Origin: Hormiphora californensis
Lineage: Eukaryota > Animalia > Ctenophora
Assembly (NCBI GenBank): GCA_020137815.1
Contig: CM035356.1
Span: forward strand, 5,580,001 to 5,644,000
Length of the DNA: 64,000 nucleotides
Direction of reading: 5' to 3'
In this document: positions 28,422 to 48,729 of the stretch, piece after piece
How the letters are laid out: each line of letters starts with the position of its first letter
Numbering within the stretch: position 1 is the first letter of the stretch
The notes under the pieces: model-generated
Databases searched by the model: none
Told to the model about the DNA's origin: nothing
The model's input: only the letters and a program-made list of their open reading frames with translations
Position numbers and translations under genes: made by a program

Positions 28422-29835
28422 TATAGACACGCTGTGTTCAGATGTGTCATGTGGAGTGTGTTTTAATGTGTTGTTGAGTTGCTGGGGTGTAATTTGGGGC
28501 ATCAGGGACAGATTGGTTTTGAAACAGGGGATTTGTCATGCGGGATATTAATAATAGATCTGACTTTTTAACTGCTATTGTTTGTTGTGTATTTATTGAT
28601 CTATTATATATGTCTCTTTCTCTCTTTGCCAATACATTCAAATATTTGTATTTAATCGCTCCCATGCACCAACCCCCCCCCCCCCCCCATTTTGATTCCT
28701 TCGAACAATGTTATTAGATTCGGTGCCACCACAGTTCCCAATCACTATATCAGAGATGTGGATTGGTATAGAGAATATCTCTCCCTCTGCCACAACGTAT
28801 ACCAGTAGGGAGCGATACCATATATTCACTCAATCACTCAGCTATACTAACTTGATCTTGAATAGCCCAGCCTAGCATTTAGTAGCAATGGACATGGACA
28901 ATATACACGGTTCCTATATGTTTATTTGTAGTAGGCTTTCACGAAAAGATGGTTTATCTAGACAGAGTGCTCAAGGTTGGGACCAACTTACAAAAAAAGA
29001 ACCCGGGTATGTTACTATGTTAACCACATTGTTGGGTGAATAAAAAGCAATACATACCTCAAACAGCTTCCACGAACAATGCTCTGACCACGGTTCTCGT
29101 TTGAGAATAGGGCCTTGTTGAATGTTGAGTTGCTCTGACAGAGGAACAGTGCATGAAGCATCCCTACTATATAGACTTACACAGTCATCCAATCAACAAA
29201 TAAGCACTGCTCAAGCCGATAGATTAATGATATTGGGAGCTCATTTTTATATGAAGTATTGTACGACCATGATTACACACGCCCTACTATTATTGAGAGA
29301 GAAAGAGATCAAGAGAGAGAGTGTGGGATACGTCTACGAAATCATTTTCTTTCGTTGTTCGTGGTTTTATTGGTCGCGACGACCGGTCCCAGAACCCAGA
29401 GCCCGTCAAACCTTGCACATCAAAATGGAGCGCGCGAGTATTACTTTGTATGAAAAGTACACTTTTCAGCACTCACAATTCGCGCGCGACAAATGTCGCG
29501 CGGAACGGTCACGTGACCCCTGGAAAATTCACGTGAGTGAGTGGAGTGGGACATATATTCCTGCATATGCAACGCGCCATACAATATCATATTGAACATG
29601 CGTGGGATGGAAGTAGCACTTCCAGAACAGTCTCTTATGTTTATGCCGCCGACCCGATCTGAGCACCCTGTCGGCTGTCGTGGTCTGGCGGCGCCAGACA
29701 AAGCAGTCCAACACGCCGCACCAGAACTGAAAGTTCTCAGAGCCATTCCGGTCCATATGTCTGCTTAATTGCAATTTCCGGTTATTTTATTCATTTCGGA
29801 GACAGAAGGACGCGACCAGTTACATCTCTTGCATG

Positions 29836-29968
<133 letters not shown>

Positions 29969-30253
29969 CTGCTTTCCTCTCTCAATTTCCGGACAGCGGC
30001 TTTTTAGGCACGATGTGAGACTGCAGTGAGAGAGATGTTTCTGGTCGAGCGGCAAATTAAAATAGACTTTGTTTCAGTGAATTGGCCAAGGGAGTTAAAT
30101 AAAAATGTGGGGGGTGGGAAACAGCATCAAAAATACAAAAAAAGAACACGCTTATTTTCTACAATGATTCAGAGTCCAAGATGTTAACATTCCACTGCCC
30201 ATGTGAGTCTCTATTTCATCTCTCTAGGCTATTTTCTCTGTAGTTCTCTGTAT

Positions 30254-30436
30254 TTAGGCGAAGTATCGGGCAACCAGGGGGATAAGGGCAGCTGTGAGCA
30301 TAACAATGGGGCTTGATCCACCAGTGACAACAGCGAAACCAGTTCCGTTGGAGGAGTTGGAGTCGTCAGCAGCGCTGACAGAGCACACCAGGGCACAGAT
30401 AACGGCCACCAACATAACGATAGTCTGAGTGTTCAT
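30254..30436 (-). CDS. 60-aa predicted GPI-anchored micropeptide, copy 2
   Basis: MNTQTIVMLVAVICALVCSVSA|ADDSNSSNGTGFAVVTGGSSPIVMLTAALIPLVARYFA: signal peptide, two N-glycosylation sequons, hydrophobic C-tail; splice acceptor ttctag 26 nt upstream of ATG. Confidence 0.8.
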   Translation of the reverse strand: MNTQTIVMLVAVICALVCSVSAADDSNSSNGTGFAVVTGGSSPIVMLTAALIPLVARYFA

Positions 30437-30769
30437 CTTGAGGTTTGAAGAGAAGAGACTTGCTAGAAAAAACAGAAGGGCTTGGTTAGTTATTGTGGTT
30501 TGGGGGAGAGAGGGTTTGAATTGAATCATAAATTGGGGGATTGGGGTTTGGTAATAAAACGCGGGGAGCTTTTTTGAAAGACGAAACATATTAAAATTAA
30601 CATAAATATCTACAAACATTTTTAGAGAGTTCATGTGCTCACTAATATATCATATCCATCATTTGGAAAGGAATAATATGTGTGTGTTCTCTAAAGTCCT
30701 GGCCTCAAGAATTCCTACAAAATTCCGGAAAGTTTCTGAATTTGGTTAGGGGGGTCCTCTCTGTCCTAT

Positions 30770-30952
30770 CTAAGCGAAGTATCGGGCAACCAGGGGGATG
30801 AGGGCAGCTGTGAGCATAACAATGGGGCTTGATCCACCAGTGACAACAGCGAAACCAGTTCCGTTGGATGAGTTGGAGTCGTCAGCAGCGCTGACAGAGC
30901 ACACCAGGGCACAGATAACGGCCACCAACATAACGATAGTCTGAGTGTTCAT
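30770..30952 (-). CDS. 60-aa predicted GPI-anchored micropeptide, copy 1
   Basis: Identical protein to copy 2; nucleotide differences are synonymous only (TCA/TCC, CTC/CTT, GCT/GCC, TAG/TAA). Confidence 0.8.
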   Translation of the reverse strand: MNTQTIVMLVAVICALVCSVSAADDSNSSNGTGFAVVTGGSSPIVMLTAALIPLVARYFA

Positions 30953-31244
30953 CTTGAGGTTTGAAGAGAAGAGACTTGCTAGAAATAGGGATCGGGTTAG
31001 TATACATGAATTATCCAATAATGTATAAACCTCATAAAATATAAGACATTTAAAAGGGGAAGAATGCATAAAGTGACAGCCTTAATAAATGTAGTAGGGA
31101 GGGAGAGGGGTGCAGCAGTTTAGTTCTGACAAAGCGGGGGAAGACAAAATAAAAATGAGACTGGAAGAGGCCGATCAACTAGAGAGAGATGGAGCGATAA
31201 CGCGTTACTACACTCATTATAGTCGTGCATACGAAGGAATCGCA

Positions 31245-31442
31245 TAATGAAAGTAAAAGAAGCTGCATAATGAAAGTGAAAGTGAGAGTATCTTGGATAG
31301 TGAAAGTGAAAGAGCGCCCATGGCAACAGCAACTCACAACAGTTATTACTGATTATGACAGCTTCTCTCAACACGCTCTCATTAATAACTCCCTCTTGTG
31401 CGTGGTATAGTGAAAGTGAAACTAAACAACGCGTTACGCGCT

Positions 31443-31541
<99 letters not shown>

Positions 31542-32280
31542 CACTAAAGATAGGAAGAGAGAACGCAAGATAGGGATAATGAGAAGAGAGAAAGAACTCA
31601 ACACAAAGAACCAAGAGAGATAGCGATAGAGAGAGAGGGAGCGAGAGAGAAAGAGAGATAGAGCTAGAGAGGGAGAGAGAAAGAGAGGGAGATTTGCAAG
31701 AGGGATGCAAAATGAAAGCAGTTTCAAGTGAAAGTGAGAGCATTTATTAAGAGAGAGAGGGAGAGAACGTTAGGAGAGCTACGAGATAAATGAAACTGAA
31801 AGTGAAACTAATTCCATAATGAAAGTTGTAGAGGCCACTGCAGCAAATTGAAAGTGAAAGTATTCAAAATGAAAGCTACTGCAGAGATTCAAAATGAAAG
31901 AAAGCAGGAGAGAGAGAGAGACGAGAGCGAGAGAAAGGGAGAGGCAAATTAGAGTGTTTTAAAATGAAAGTGAAAGAAGGAGAGGCGGGTGGAGATCTCA
32001 AGGAGATAATCCTTTGAAATTGAAAGTGAAACTAAATCAACCACCGCGCCGTTACTTTCAGTTTCAGTTTCTCACTGTCCGAATAATTGAAAATGAAAGT
32101 AATACTTTCACTTTCAATTTCTTAATGAGAAACTGAAACTGAAAGTAACGGTAGTTGCATTGATATAGTTTCTCTTTCAACTAAACGCGGTTATTTTAAG
32201 TTTCACTTTCAAACTTAAATTGAAACTGAAAGTTTAGCTCAAACTTCTTTCACTTTCACTTTGAGTGAAAGTGAAAGAAG
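31245..32280. promoter_or_regulatory. Dense cluster of IRF-E/ISRE-type motifs (GAAA[G/C]TGAAA)
   Basis: About 16 sites on both strands, e.g. 31271, 31301, 31411, 31791, 31849, 31965, 32015, 32054(-), 32104(-), 32128, 32199(-), 32221, 32247(-), 32266. Confidence 0.7.
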
Positions 32281-33491
32281 TTACGGAGACAGGGCCAAAT
32301 TATGCATTATGCGGAAAAGGAAAGAATATTGGCAAAGTTTGCCATTCTTCTCTTTGCAAGGCACTCTCTGATTCTCTCTCCCTTTTTCTCTCCCTCTCTT
32401 TCTCCTTGTTATGTAATATGTTCTAACCCTCCCTTTACATTTGTCCGAAACACAGTCTAGCCAGGCAACTTTCTCCCTATCCTCTTTTTTCACTTTAATT
32501 TTGAGGACCCGCTGGGATTCTTTGTTGAGTAAGGGGGATTCTGGCACCGAATCAAAAATTTATGTGAAAAAGGCTAGGGCCAGTTTCGGAAATATTCTGG
32601 AATTGAAGCACTAAAGGTTTGAGAAAATCTATTGGACCTAATTGGTTACAGCCAAATTCTTAATTGCTCTTAAAGAAACAGAGTGTAGGCGAAAATTAAG
32701 GCACCAAAATATGTAGCGTCCTCGTCCCTCGTAATAGTGAGGGCAGACACCAAAATTAATCTCATTAAATTAATGAGTATTAATAAGCGCATACCCGGAA
32801 ATTGGGTATGCTGTTTCTTTAGAATTGGTTATGGTGGGTTTGAGTATTTCCTTGGGCACCTCGCGCAATCCCCTGTACGTAGCGCTGCCAAAGGACTTCC
32901 CAAAAGAGGAACTTTTAAGCTCTATCTCCAACCATTTAGCCGTAGTTTGAATTCAAGGGTGCTCAAAAGCAGGTTTTTGCCTTTTTTTGCTTAATTTCAG
33001 TAGCAGTAGCAGAAACGAGACACGAGTGATCTGTAAGATCGCTGGTCATAGATTTTGTCATAGATTCTGTCCTCTCAGTACCGTGCCAAAGGCCCGGTGT
33101 GGCTGCGAGTGGCCGCGTACCTATTCTAGCTGCTGTAATAGAACTAGAGAGCTGGAGAGGTAGCTGTATATAGGTTGTTGAGACAACATGTTGTTGTGCA
33201 GAGAGTTGATTCCTAGCAAGCATAGAGAAACTCTGCAGAGATGCTCTAGGCTTGCAAGCACAACTAGTTTTAAAAAGTTGTAGAATTCTGCTTGATCCGA
33301 CCATTGCATGCAATTGCAGTTCTATTCTATCAGGGGAATTAACCGCCACAAATTGAACTTGTAGTTGTAGGATTAGGTTTTAATTTTAATTTAAAATTAA
33401 TCTCTGTACAGTACGTGGGATATAGATTATAGTGTACAGAAAAATTCTTCTCTCTCTAGTCTCTCTAATAGAAAGTCTCTCTAATAGAGAG

Positions 33492-34888
33492 TCTCTATCA
33501 ACATCTCACGTCTCAAGATCTCAAGATGATAATATGTATTAAGGGTACACCTGGCGTTTTTCATCATCGAGTGCCCAACCAAATGACTTCACCAGGGTTT
33601 AGGTCATACAAAATGGACCTCAAATATGCAATTTTAGCCCTAAAGTCGAATTCATATTTTTGCTACAGCCTATTTTCAAAGTGGCGTTTTTTCAATTTTT
33701 GTTGGAATTTTTAACCTCAGGATCACTTTTTTTGAGATAGAAACATTAAATTCTTGGAATTTGAAGAGAATATAAAGGTGAATAAGCCCAAAGAAGGATT
33801 TTTGAAATGGAGCTTATTTCTGGCCATGAGAAGGGTTTCCTTTTTTGCTTCTTTGACACGCTGGCTGAGAATGTTCCCATGCTTCATTAGAGATGAAAAT
33901 CTGGAAATAGTTGCTCAAAACGATTATCTATGTGGCCCAAAAATTTTGGAACTTTTCCGCGAAAGATGTGGTGTACAGAGCTTGTTTTGTGAAACCCGTC
34001 TTTTTGAAAAAGAGAGGAATTCCCTGTATCTCCAAAACAGATGATCGTAGAGGCCTAGGACCAAGCTTAATCGATTCAGAAGGTCCGATTTTGGGGGGGT
34101 CTTCTGAGAGACATTTTGCTCCTACTCCAACCGTTTTTGCTGTAATTGCAAAAAACCAATTCTATGAAAAGGGGGAACAACTCTATTCCAGTAGCCTGCT
34201 TCGGGCTGATTTCCCCCTTACTTGCTGATACCTTTTTCGCAATTACAGCAAAAACGGTTGGAGTAGGAGCAAAATGTCTCTTTGAAGACCCCCCCAAAAT
34301 CAGACCTTCTGAATCGATTAAGCTTGGTCCCAGGTCTCTACGATCATCCGTTTTGGAGATACAGGGAATTCCTCTCTTTTTCAAAAAGACGGGTTTCACA
34401 AAACAAGCTCTGTACACCACATCTTTCGCGGAAAAGTTCCAAAATTTTTGGGCCACATAGATAATCGTTTTGAGCAACTATTTCCAGATTTTCATCTCTA
34501 ATGAAGCATGGGAACATTCTCAGCCAGCGTGTCAAAGAAGCAAAAAAGGAAACCCTTCTCATGGCCAGAAATAAGCTCCATTTCAAAAATCCTTCTTTGG
34601 GCTTATTCACCTTTATATTCTCTTCAAATTCCAAGAATTTAATGTTTCTATCTCAAAAAAAGTGATCCTGAGGTTAAAAATTCCAACAAAAATTGTAAAA
34701 ACGCCACTTTGAAAATAGGCTGTAGCAAAAATATGAATTCGACTTTAGGGCTAAAATTGCATATTTGAGGTCCATTTTGTATGACCTAAACCCTGGTGAA
34801 GTCATTTGGTTGGGCACTCGATGATGAAAAACGCCAGGTGTACCCTTAAATCTTGAGAGATCTTGAGACGTGAGATGTTGATAGAGAT
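33492..34888. mobile_element. Small hairpin MITE split by a Kolobok-like insertion
   Basis: tctctatcaacatctcacgtctcaagatctc on the left and gagatcttgagacgtgagatgttgatagaga on the right of the inner element. Confidence 0.65.
33543..34845. mobile_element. Kolobok-like non-autonomous foldback element (1303 bp), sister subfamily of 21557-22833
   Basis: TTAA TSD (33539-42, 34846-49), GGGTACACC termini, ~610-bp inverted arms; shares blocks such as gacctcaaatatgcaattttagccct with the BiP-intron element. Confidence 0.88.
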
Positions 34889-35540
34889 ATTACCCAAGTT
34901 TCTGGTTATGCGGCTGGATTGCGCTGCATTGAGACATGAGGATTATAAAGCTCTGGTATGTGTTGTGATGCACGAGTGTACTACTATTATAACAAGGTCC
35001 TGGTTATGGAAAAGGCAAACAAAATGTTGCTTGGATCGTTGTTGAGGGCCGAGGGGTACAATTAGATTGAGGTATAACACAATGGAGCCATGTGGAAGCT
35101 GTCTTGTGTGTGTGAACAATATGGAACCAAGGATCGCTAGGCTAGGCAAAGAGGAGCTGGGATTGGGAAGGTGGTCGCTAGGCGGGGCTAGGCAAACTAA
35201 CATCTATTCAGCTTTTGACCCGCCTACAAGTCCTTTAAACCCAGGAATTTTTGGGCGGTGTCTCGGTAAAAACAAACAATGCAAAGCATGATATCACTCA
35301 CACACTATGACGTCATGTCACTATGATGACATATTAAACCCATATGATGTCATATTATACCCTGTTATCAGTTATCAGTAGTAGCACTTCCTGTGGCCTA
35401 TCACAGGTGGGTGTGAAGAGTTTGACCACGTCACATATTATTTACATGTGATACCCTAGAATGCAGTGAGATCACGCAGGTCATGACTGCAGAGGGGATG
35501 ATCTAATTCAATGCTATGCAGCATGATAAAGGCTTGGTTT

Positions 35541-35731
35541 ATCTTTCTGAAACTACTCTATTCACGAGCGAATAGAGTACACGTCACTTTGCCGGCTACT
35601 TTCGTATACTTTCGTCTCAAAGTGAAAGTTGTAGGATAAACAACTTTCACTTTGAGACGAAAGTATACGAAAGTAGCCGGCAAAGTGACGTGTACTCTAT
35701 TCGCTCGTGAGTAGAGTAGTTTCAGAAAGAT
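35541..35731. mobile_element. 191-bp near-perfect palindrome (MITE)
   Basis: ~92-bp inverted arms around a short loop, AT at both ends. Confidence 0.75.
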
Positions 35732-35900
35732 TCTGCCTTCGAGCATCACAAAAAGTTTTTGTGGTGCTCAAAGGCAGAATCTGGCCTCACCCAGTAGAAG
35801 CTAATTGTGAAAGGAGTGGCAAATAAGGGAAAATGAAAGTGAAACTGAAAGTAGCGGTAGGCCAAAGATAACAGGGTCCCAGGGCCAGAATAAAGATAAG

Positions 35901-37037
35901 GGGCTCTTCGACGAAACTTTAAACACACTTAAAAACGTTGCGTAACTCTCCTTTCACACCTTCTAATTGATTTTCACACCCCTTAAGCATGGTTTGTGTC
36001 GACGAAACTTTTTAGAAATCTTGCTTAGTGAAAATTGAGGGGTAGTAAGTGAAGTTTTACACAAGCTCTCCAAACCTTGCGTAACCCCCTAATCACGTGG
36101 TAAAATCACGTGATTTGGGCCAAATTGAAGCGACAATGACGTCATAGTTCACGCAATATCTCACTCAAATATCGAGAAAAGTGAGGTTTGTTAAGTCTCC
36201 TCCAGAGGAGACTTAATGGTAGACAAGACAGCGCTGGCAAGTAAAAGATGCTACAAAACAGTGTATATTTTGCTTCTCGCATGTAGAAAAAAGATAAAAT
36301 GGCACTCATTGTCCCCCAATTAGCTATCTCTACTCAACCACAATATTGAGGCACTAGTTTGGGGTTTCAGCCAAGCCCATACTGCATACAGCATCTGTAT
36401 TAGACTCTCACAGTCAGATAAGATGTGGATGAATTCAGTTGTTTTCCTTCTGGCAGGACAAGATGAACAGTGAACTACTACTATACTTTCACTGTTTATC
36501 TCTTCATCTAGCAGCTTATCTATTCATCTCATCCGGCCTAAATAATATTGCAAGTTATTAGTGTATAGGTTTATTGATTTTTCATAATGAACAATCAATG
36601 TTAGATCTCTATTTGTCCGCTATAACATTCATTGCCAGCTACTGTAAGAGTACACAGAGTTTTGAAGATTTGAAATTTCTTGAATCTTGAGAAATGGAAG
36701 TCAAACTTCTTCTTCACCCCCAATCTGGTGTGATATCTCGCTAACACTATTGGCTGGTGAACCCTACACGTGACCAAATTGACGCCTGTGTAAACCCATG
36801 TAATGGAAATCCTATCACGTGTCCAGTTTCGATCCCCTGATTGGTTTTCTACACCCATACACGAGGGGTGATCCGGGGCTTCACGTGGTATACACGTGGT
36901 TCACACCAAGGACCTAAAGTGAGGTTTTGGAAAGCGTTCGACGACACCCCTCTCGAGACAAGTCTGAAAAATTTTCCTTGTGTAACTCTAAAGAGAGCTT
37001 ATTTATTAAGTGTGCTTTAAGTTTCGTCGAAGAGCCC
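35901..37037. mobile_element. Non-autonomous TIR element, PIF/Harbinger-like
   Basis: ~32-bp TIR GGGCTCTTCGACGAAACTT..CACACTTAA; 3-bp direct repeat AAG on both flanks. Confidence 0.65.
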
Positions 37038-37224
37038 AAGGTCCCAGAATTATTGGATTTCTGCTGAGAGCGAGATGACAACGTGATACTGATTATTATA
37101 AATATAAGTACTGGCCGAAAGAATGTCTATAATTCGAATGGTATTCGTTTAAAAGACGGCAAGAGGGTAAAGGCTGTTCTATAGAATCTCTATGACATAA
37201 TCGTTAGATGCTGAATATTTCGAT

Positions 37225-37715
37225 AATGAAACTGAAAGTGAAAGTGAAAGTATACCGCGTTGCCTGCTGCAGCAGAGAATGATAGTCGGAATGATAGTCG
37301 GAATATGTCGGAGTAATCATAATCCTTGCCTGCTTGCTGCAGTAGAGATCAATGAAAGTGAAAGTAATGGTACTAGTCCTTGCCTGCTTGCTGCAGCAGA
37401 GAATGAAAGTGAAAGTAATGATAGTCCTTGCTTGCTATAACTGCAGTAGAGATCAATGAAAGTGAAACTGAAAGTTGACTGCCATTACAGAGAAAGTGAA
37501 AGTAGTGACCTAGCTACACTGCCTTGAATAATTATAGAGAATGAAAGTGAGACTCTATGTGTGCGAGAGATTCATATGCATATTTATATGGTTACCACAC
37601 AGGATAGTGGCCCCTTTGTTAGAATAACAATATAGCTTATGCAGTATTCACGATGTTTCACTTTCACTATTATATGCACCTTCACTATTTATTAGAAGAG
37701 AATGAAAGTGAAAGG
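37225..37715. promoter_or_regulatory. Second IRF-E/ISRE-type motif cluster, partly in ~55-bp tandem repeats
   Basis: TGAAACTGAAAGTGAAAGTGAAAGT at 37227 plus sites at ~37353, 37404, 37457, 37491, 37654(-), 37703. Confidence 0.65.
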
Positions 37716-38260
37716 CCGCAGCTGGGGGGGGGGGGGACAAAGAAACCCCGCAGGAGCCTTGTTCAGGGACTAGGGAGTCTCTATTCAATTTGAGTTAGGG
37801 AGCAGCTCTATGTGCCATGAGGTGCATCGCTTGTAGTATAATATGCCTCCATTCAGACGAGTGTAGTTATCTCTGCATAGTATGTCTATTTCTAATGTCT
37901 ACGACGACATCGGACATGTCTACGACAAATGAGCAATTGAAGCAAAACTGGTTAGGATATTATAAAAGTGAGTACAAAGGGCATCGCTATAAAACGGTGC
38001 AGTTAAAATCTCAATAAATTTCCCAAACCTGGATTAATCTTGGATACCTAATTTGGACATATCTGTGATTATTCTGAGGTGCATCTGTCAGAGCATTGGC
38101 CTGACCCATTCTCGTTTCTCTGAGAACTGTGGTCAGAGCATTGGCCTGACAGAGGTTCATGCACGACTGTTTTCCCCCATTCACTAAACTATAGTTTATT
38201 GATACTCCCAACTGTCACTGAAAAACATTCTCATTTCTCATGTTTACCGACCAGCTGCAG

Positions 38261-44393
<6,133 letters not shown>

Positions 44394-45376
44394 TGACAAG
44401 TATGTTTATATGCGACTAGGATATATATGTGTGACAAGGATGTGCGAAGGAGTGTTATTAGATTACAGAATACGTGTAGGCATGGGTTTTATGTGTAGCT
44501 CCCCACCCGCATAGTGTGCTTGACATTTTATTCCGTGAATGAAGAATATAAAGATCCAAATTCCTGGGAGCAGATATTGAGAACATATTCTGTATATATC
44601 TGGTGTATAAATTGCTAAGATCTAGTCTAAGATCTAGTCTAAGATCTAGTCTAAGATCTATAGATTCTGGATTTCAGCTTACAGCTGCAAGACGTTAGAC
44701 TACAGCTAGGCCGATAGGATTCCTAGTAGGATTCCTAGTAGAAGCTAGGCTCAAGGTCGTGAAAGACCTGATAAATAATCATATTGTTAGTATCGTCTTG
44801 ATATTGAATAATGGTATCCCCACAGTCCATTGAATTATACAGGCATTCAATGAATGGCATTAGCCTTGGGTAGGTATAGAAGAAGGAATCCGACGAATAA
44901 CTTGGACACATATCAGAATTGAATTATTAATATTTAATATCTCTGTCAGGGCTATATAACATTATGGGATGATGGGAATGGACTCACCGAAGGGCCATGA
45001 TCTTGGTTAAGAAAATGGGTATGAGAAATACGGATTACGGAATTACATTAACTTACCAGGCCCGCGTCTAGATGAAACTAAAAACGTTTGATCTCCAGAC
45101 GGACGTCAGAGCTCTGAAACGACGTGTCGAGCTGTGGCTTGGCATGTTATTGCCACCTATTATAATAGGCATGTATTACCTAGCTTATAATAGCTAGAGT
45201 CTAGACGTCACAGTTGTTGGTCGTGTGAATCCAACCGGTCCAGAAGCTGTGTGGGGTGACGATCTGAACGTAATTGAGGATCAAAACAACAAATAAGAAA
45301 ATTATTATTATTATTATTTCCTGAAACATTCGATGGATGATTCGAAGAGCCTGACCCAGTTCATTACCGGTCCAGA

Positions 45377-46313
45377 CCCTGTGCTCTACCCTGTACTCTA
45401 CCCTGTGCTCTACCCTGTGCTCTACCCTGTGCTCTACCCTGTGCTCTACCCTGTGCTCTACCCTGTGCTCTACCCTGTGCTCTACCCTGTGCTCTACCCT
45501 GTGCTCTACCCTGTGCTCTACCCTGTGCTCTACCCTGTGCTCTACCCTGTGCTCTACCCTGTGCTCTACCCTGTGCTCTACCCTGTGCTCTACCCTGTGC
45601 TCTACCCTGTGCTCTACCCTGTGCTCTACCCTGTGCTCTACCCTATGCTCTACCCTGTGCTCTACCCTGTGCTCTACCCTGTGCTCTACCCTGTGCTCTA
45701 CCCTGTGCTCTACCCTGTGCTCTACCCTGTGCTCTACCCTGTGCTCTACCCTGTGCTCTACCCTGTGCTCTACCCTGTGCTCTACCCTGTGCTCTACCCT
45801 ATGCTCTACCCTGTGCTCTACCCTGTGCTCTACCCTGTACTCTACCCTGTGCTCTACCCTGTACTCTACCCTGTGCTCTACCCTGTGCTCTACCCTGTGC
45901 TCTACCCTGTGCTCTACCCTGTGCTCTACCCTGTGCTCTACCCTGTGCTCTACCCTGTGCTCTACCCTGTGCTCTACCCTGTGCTCTACCCTGTGCTCTA
46001 CCCTGTGCTCTACCCTGTGCTCTACCCTGTGCTCTACCCTATGCTCTACCCTGTGCTCTACCCTGTGCTCTACCCTGTGCTCTACCCTGTGCTCTACCCT
46101 GTACTCTACCCTGTGCTCTACCCTGTACTCTACCCTGTGCTCTACCCTGTGCTCTACCCTGTGCTCTACCCTGTGCTCTACCCTGTGCTCTACCCTGTGC
46201 TCTACCCTATGCTCTACCCTGTGCTCTACCCTGTGCTCTACCCTGTGCTCTACCCTGTGCTCTACCCTGTGCTCTACCCTGTGCTCTACCCTGTGCTCTA
46301 CCATGTGCTCTAC
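45377..46313. repeat. 12-bp tandem repeat (ccctgtgctcta), ~78 copies
   Basis: Direct reading; rare single-base variants. Confidence 0.97.
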
Positions 46314-46654
46314 GGAGCTTTTCAGAAAAGCTGCTTTTCTGGATGAGCTTTACAAGACAAATCCAACGCAACCGGATTTAGTTTTCTATAATCTTATAGC
46401 TATAGGAAAGGAATTTTTGGTCATTTTTTGGTGCTCGAACCAATCAGAATTTCGGAATCCTGGCTCGCACGCCAAAAAGTGATTTGGCTGCGAAGCAGGT
46501 GTGAGGGTTTCGTGAAAAATCGCGCGCGAAAAAAGAGGGCGCGACGTGCCCAAAAAAGTAATAGACCAAAAATGAAGAAAAGAAAGCTAAATATAGTTGC
46601 GTTGGATTATCATTAAGCTTATTCCTTTTTACCTCTAATTACCTTCTCTAATTA

Positions 46655-48270
<1,616 letters not shown>

Positions 48271-48729
48271 CTCTAATTACTTTGTTTTACTCAAATGTTT
48301 TCAAATTGAACAGATTAATAAATTAGTTGTAGCTGATTAATTTTATGGATGACTTCATCATTCATCAAGTTTCTATGGTAACACATTTGTAAGTAACTCG
48401 ATCGCCCCGGAAGGACATTGAGCAGGTTCTGTAATCTGTTACACTTACAGCTGCAGTTGCAGTAGCATATAGGATTCCTTTTTCTGGATTCTCGGATTCA
48501 CACATAGGTATGCCAGATCCAATTGCAGATTAGAAAGTTAACAAGAACTAGGTATAGGGAAAAAGAGTCGTGCCTGAACCTCAGGTTCAGGACACGGCTA
48601 TATTCCACTGAGATCTCAGGTTTCAGTGACGGCTATTCCCTGAGACTTAAGGGAATAGCCGTCAGGTTCGGGCACGACTGTTTCATAATATATATGAAAT
48701 TAAACTTCTTCTTAATTTAAGCTGCACAG

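Noticed and set aside
32963-33349. 128-aa minus-strand ORF between the ISRE clusters
   Set aside because: Non-ATG start, no recognisable domain or splice support.
45201-46346. 337- and 367-aa ORFs (VLYP / VEHR repeats)
   Set aside because: Stop-free translation of a 12-bp tandem repeat on both strands; no coding evidence.
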